A stretch of 24,000 bases of DNA from an uncultured Gammaproteobacteria bacterium. Its GTDB lineage: Bacteria > Pseudomonadota > Gammaproteobacteria > Steroidobacterales > Steroidobacteraceae. Below the pieces are notes generated by a model. That model searched no databases, had not been told where the DNA came from, and was given only the letters and a program-made list of their open reading frames with translations. A program made the position numbers and the translations under genes. The stretch lies in assembly GCA_963755965.1 (NCBI GenBank), contig CAVWLU010000004.1, positions 395,578-419,577 of the forward strand. Reading direction: 5' to 3'. Positions 22,060-24,000 of this stretch are shown in pieces (the first letter of the stretch is position 1; each line of letters begins with the position of its first letter).

Positions 22060-24000
22060 TCACTTGAGCGATAGTTCCAAGCGGACCACACCATCCTTGC
22101 TGGTCGCCTTATTGTTGGCGACCAAGAACACTCTCTCGCTCTGTATTTGCGTGTCGGCGAGGATGGCCTGTTCCAAAGCCATCGCACGTTGTTGGCCCAA
22201 CGCACTGAGTTCGGCATCGCCGACAACCAGGTGCTCGTGTATTCCCGTCGTCAGAAACTCGATCTTGGCCGCTACTATGTCGGGCTTTTGCTTGAGGCTG
22301 GTCACCGTCTCGGGATATTGCGGCTGCGCTCCCACGTCTTTCGTGTAGAGCTGCGTCAAGAGTTCCAGCTTGGCGGCGGGATCGAGCTCATCGAAGGGGG
22401 GCGGGCTGGCGCCGGGCGCCGCCTTTTTGCGGTTCCCCTGGGTGGCCTCGAGTTGACCGAGCTGGGTATTGAATTGCGCGGCCGCAAGCGCCGGGCGGTC
22501 GATGTCCGCCACGACGGCTATCGGCAATTCTATTTTGAGCTGCGGGCGAGCCACCAGGGCTTTCGTGACCGCCTTGATTTTATCGGCAGCAGCCGCGTCC
22601 AAGGCGCTGACGCCCGGCTTGAAATCGATGAACTGTATGTCGGGACCTCCTCCGAACAAGGCTCCCAATAAGGCGAATGGCGCGGTGACCGCCTTCTCCA
22701 GAATATTGACGATGATCTTCCAAATGATGGGAGCCAAACGGAATTTCGGATCGTCCAGCGAGCCGGTCACCGGAAGCGTCAGATCGATGACGCCATTTCG
22801 ATCCTTGAGCAGTGCCACCCCGAGTTTGACCGGCAGAGACACGGCGTCCTTACTCGCCGTCTTCTCGCCGAATTCCAGCTGATCGATGACTACGTGGTGT
22901 TGCGCATCGAGCTTGCGGCCTTCCACCTTGTAGTGCAGTTCGGTGGTGAGCTTGCCCTTGGTGATGTTGTATCCGGCGAATTTTCCGGAGTACGGGTTGA
23001 AGACGCTAAGCTCGATATTGCGAAAATTCAGTTCCAAATCGACATACATCGGCGCGCCCAGAACGTTGACTTCTCCGTTGAGCGATACCGGCGAGAACTC
23101 GTCTACATTGCCGTGCAAATCAACTTTTGCGCGCGAATTCAGCTTCGACGATAGGCCTACCACGATGCCGTCCAGTTTTTGGATGCCGGCCGAGAAGTTC
23201 GGAGCGATCGACAAATCCGTGAAATTCGCGCGAGCATCCTGCACCACGATTTTCTTGATCGACATCGGCATGGATGCGCCGGTGGGCGGCGGCGTGGCCG
23301 CGGCTAACTTGGTACCGCTTGACTTAGCCCCGGCAGACTTAGCCCCGGCAGACTTAGCCCCGGCCGATGTGACCTCGGTCGATGGCGGCGCGGGTCCAGA
23401 TCCAGGGGCGGCCAATACCCGTTTCACGTTCAGGCTGCTGTCCGATTCTATGATGACCCGCGCATAGGGCTTGCGCGCCACGACCTGGGCAATATCGAGC
23501 CGATCCGGGTCATGTTGGTAATTCACGCCAAGGACATCCAGCCGTTCCCAATTGATGAAATCATCATGCAAAGCGTTGTCGACGGTGCGCAGCTTGTCCA
23601 CATGGACGTTGCCGGTGAATTGCAGGCCAGGCTTTTGGCCCAGCGCGCCATAGTGCAACTTCGCCTCGGTCGCCAAGCGTCCGCCGCGCAGGGTCATGGA
23701 CGTCTGCCGTGCAATGTAGGGTTGAATCGCCGTCAGATCGAGACCGGCTAGCTTCAGGGTTAAAGAAGCTGCTGTCGGTTGTGGCGTTACATCTCCGTTC
23801 ACCGTCAGCGAACCCGTTTCATTGATGCGCGTCTCGAGAGCCACACTCACCGGCTTCGCCATATCGAGGCTGACTCCGCTGACGCGCAGTGAAAGCGGCG
23901 CCAACACCACTTTGACGGCAGGCTGGATGGTGCGATCCTCGGCGGAGATGCCGGCATCGCGCAGTTCGAACTGGCGCATATCGAACTGCCAGGGAGTCGG
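22060..24000 (-). CDS. DUF748/AsmA-like large repeat protein, C-terminal part (N-terminus outside the window)
   Basis: The frame stays open past the track Met at 23979 to the window edge. The repetitive beta-rich sequence (LSLRVSGVSLD, LKLAGLDLTAIQPYI, IKKIVVQDARANFTDLS) is typical of AsmA-like/DUF748 proteins. Family call is from memory only. Confidence 0.55.
   Translation of the reverse strand, partial: PTPWQFDMRQFELRDAGISAEDRTIQPAVKVVLAPLSLRVSGVSLDMAKPVSVALETRINETGSLTVNGDVTPQPTAASLTLKLAGLDLTAIQPYIARQTSMTLRGGRLATEAKLHYGALGQKPGLQFTGNVHVDKLRTVDNALHDDFINWERLDVLGVNYQHDPDRLDIAQVVARKPYARVIIESDSSLNVKRVLAAPGSGPAPPSTEVTSAGAKSAGAKSAGAKSSGTKLAAATPPPTGASMPMSIKKIVVQDARANFTDLSIAPNFSAGIQKLDGIVVGLSSKLNSRAKVDLHGNVDEFSPVSLNGEVNVLGAPMYVDLELNFRNIELSVFNPYSGKFAGYNITKGKLTTELHYKVEGRKLDAQHHVVIDQLEFGEKTASKDAVSLPVKLGVALLKDRNGVIDLTLPVTGSLDDPKFRLAPIIWKIIVNILEKAVTAPFALLGALFGGGPDIQFIDFKPGVSALDAAAADKIKAVTKALVARPQLKIELPIAVVADIDRPALAAAQFNTQLGQLEATQGNRKKAAPGASPPPFDELDPAAKLELLTQLYTKDVGAQPQYPETVTSLKQKPDIVAAKIEFLTTGIHEHLVVGDAELSALGQQRAMALEQAILADTQIQSERVFLVANNKATSKDGVVRLELSLK
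23321..23365. repeat. 15-bp x 3 near-perfect tandem repeat (GACTTAGCCCCGGCA) inside the DUF748 gene
   Basis: Units at 23321-23335, 23336-23350 and 23351-23365 (last base differs). Encodes SAGAK x3 on the minus strand. Confidence 0.9.

Overview
The window has two parts. Positions 1 to about 13,370 are visibly more AT-rich than the rest. They form one end of an integrated genomic island whose tyrosine integrase (11777-13246, minus) sits directly against the 3' end of guaA. The left island boundary is not in the window. Island cargo readable from the sequence is as follows. (a) Three ORFs of unclear function, one of which carries the three ordered motifs of an HUH rolling-circle Rep/relaxase. 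(b) A translationally coupled operon: small ORF, ribbon-helix-helix protein, 60-aa ORF, then a stand-alone OLD-family (ABC-type ATPase + Toprim) nuclease. (c) A small serine recombinase with repeat-rich DNA upstream. (d) A tightly overlapping cassette: 80-aa helical protein, 804-aa GHKL (Bergerat-fold, MutL/MORC/Hsp90-type) ATPase, Vsr-like endonuclease, Dcm-type C5-cytosine methyltransferase. (e) A two-gene segment (a basic 190-aa protein and a very acidic 90-aa protein) bracketed by an imperfect ~55-bp direct repeat, one copy of which overlaps the integrase 3' end. I rate cassette (d) as the best candidate for an undescribed methylation-linked, ATP-dependent defence or repair system, and operon (b) as a second defence candidate. 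Positions 13,377-24,000 are GC-rich core genome: guaA, guaB, divergent xseA, an M23 peptidase, two tandem bactofilins, amtB-glnK with a sigma-54-like promoter, and the C-terminal part of a DUF748/AsmA-like protein that runs off the window. I saw no rRNA, tRNA or CRISPR array. All family calls come from motif recognition by eye, since no searches could be run.
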